NCBI GenBank assembly: GCA_937898755.1
Contig: CALEJU010000005.1
Coordinates: 3,056 to 67,055 of the forward strand
Origin: an uncultured Acidobacteriota bacterium
Lineage (GTDB): Bacteria; Acidobacteriota; Terriglobia; Terriglobales; SCQP01
Direction: 5' to 3'
DNA: 64,000 bases
Positions 63,962 to 64,000 of this stretch are shown one piece after another (position 1 is the stretch's first letter; each line of letters begins with the position of its first letter). The notes beneath the pieces were generated by a model. The model was not told where the DNA came from. It was given only the letters and a program-made list of their open reading frames with translations, and searched no databases. The translations under genes were made by a program, and so were the position numbers.

Positions 63962-64000
63962 GAGAGGCGGATCGAGGGTGGAGCGGCGAACGATCCCGCC

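Overview
High-GC bacterial chromosome segment (by eye above 65% GC outside the islands). It is most consistent with an Acidobacteriota (Terriglobia-like) genome: a VWFA-related 'acidobacterial' domain protein, secreted GH74-like, GH39-like and sialate-esterase-like enzymes, CzcCBA and an H+-PPase. I can support about 60 protein genes and 4 tRNAs (Ser-CGA, Val-CAC, Ser-GGA, Met-CAT). There is no rRNA and no CRISPR array. Housekeeping blocks are yceD-rpmF-plsX-fabD-fabG (plus strand), ffh-rpsP-KH-rimM-trmD-rplS plus rnhB (minus strand), czcCBA, a porin-mntH operon, hppA, hemH and typA. The main accessory region is a lower-GC, decayed integrative element (about 20.2-28.9 kb) that ends 5 nt before tRNA-Met. 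It carries a class II Fic protein and relics of a VirB11/TrbB ATPase, a RepB-like primase (frameshifted), a DUF4919 protein and a tyrosine integrase. It also carries an apparently intact type III CBASS anti-phage operon (Trip13/Cap6, two small HORMA-type proteins, CD-NTase, NucC) with a divergent CapH/CapP-like regulator pair and a perfect palindrome in the shared control region. A second small decayed islet (NYN-domain gene, HsdR N-terminal relic) follows tRNA-Ser(CGA). The signal least explained by ordinary annotation is a family of intergenic repeats built from tandem heptanucleotides (CGGTTGT, GGTTGTT/GGATTTT, AGTGGAA). They are often arranged as long hairpins whose wobble pairs favour the transcribed strand, and they include a 23-nt core present three times exactly and a ~100-nt element present twice in opposite orientation. 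Other items worth a look: an 18-codon lysine-rich ORF with its own near-consensus promoter, SD and intrinsic terminator; an EncFtn-like mini-ferritin with no encapsulin shell gene nearby; a His-rich secreted protein; and a porin-mntH operon with an inverted repeat over its promoter. Many long ORFs antisense to real genes are high-GC artefacts and were not called. All homology calls come from motif recognition by eye, not from searches.
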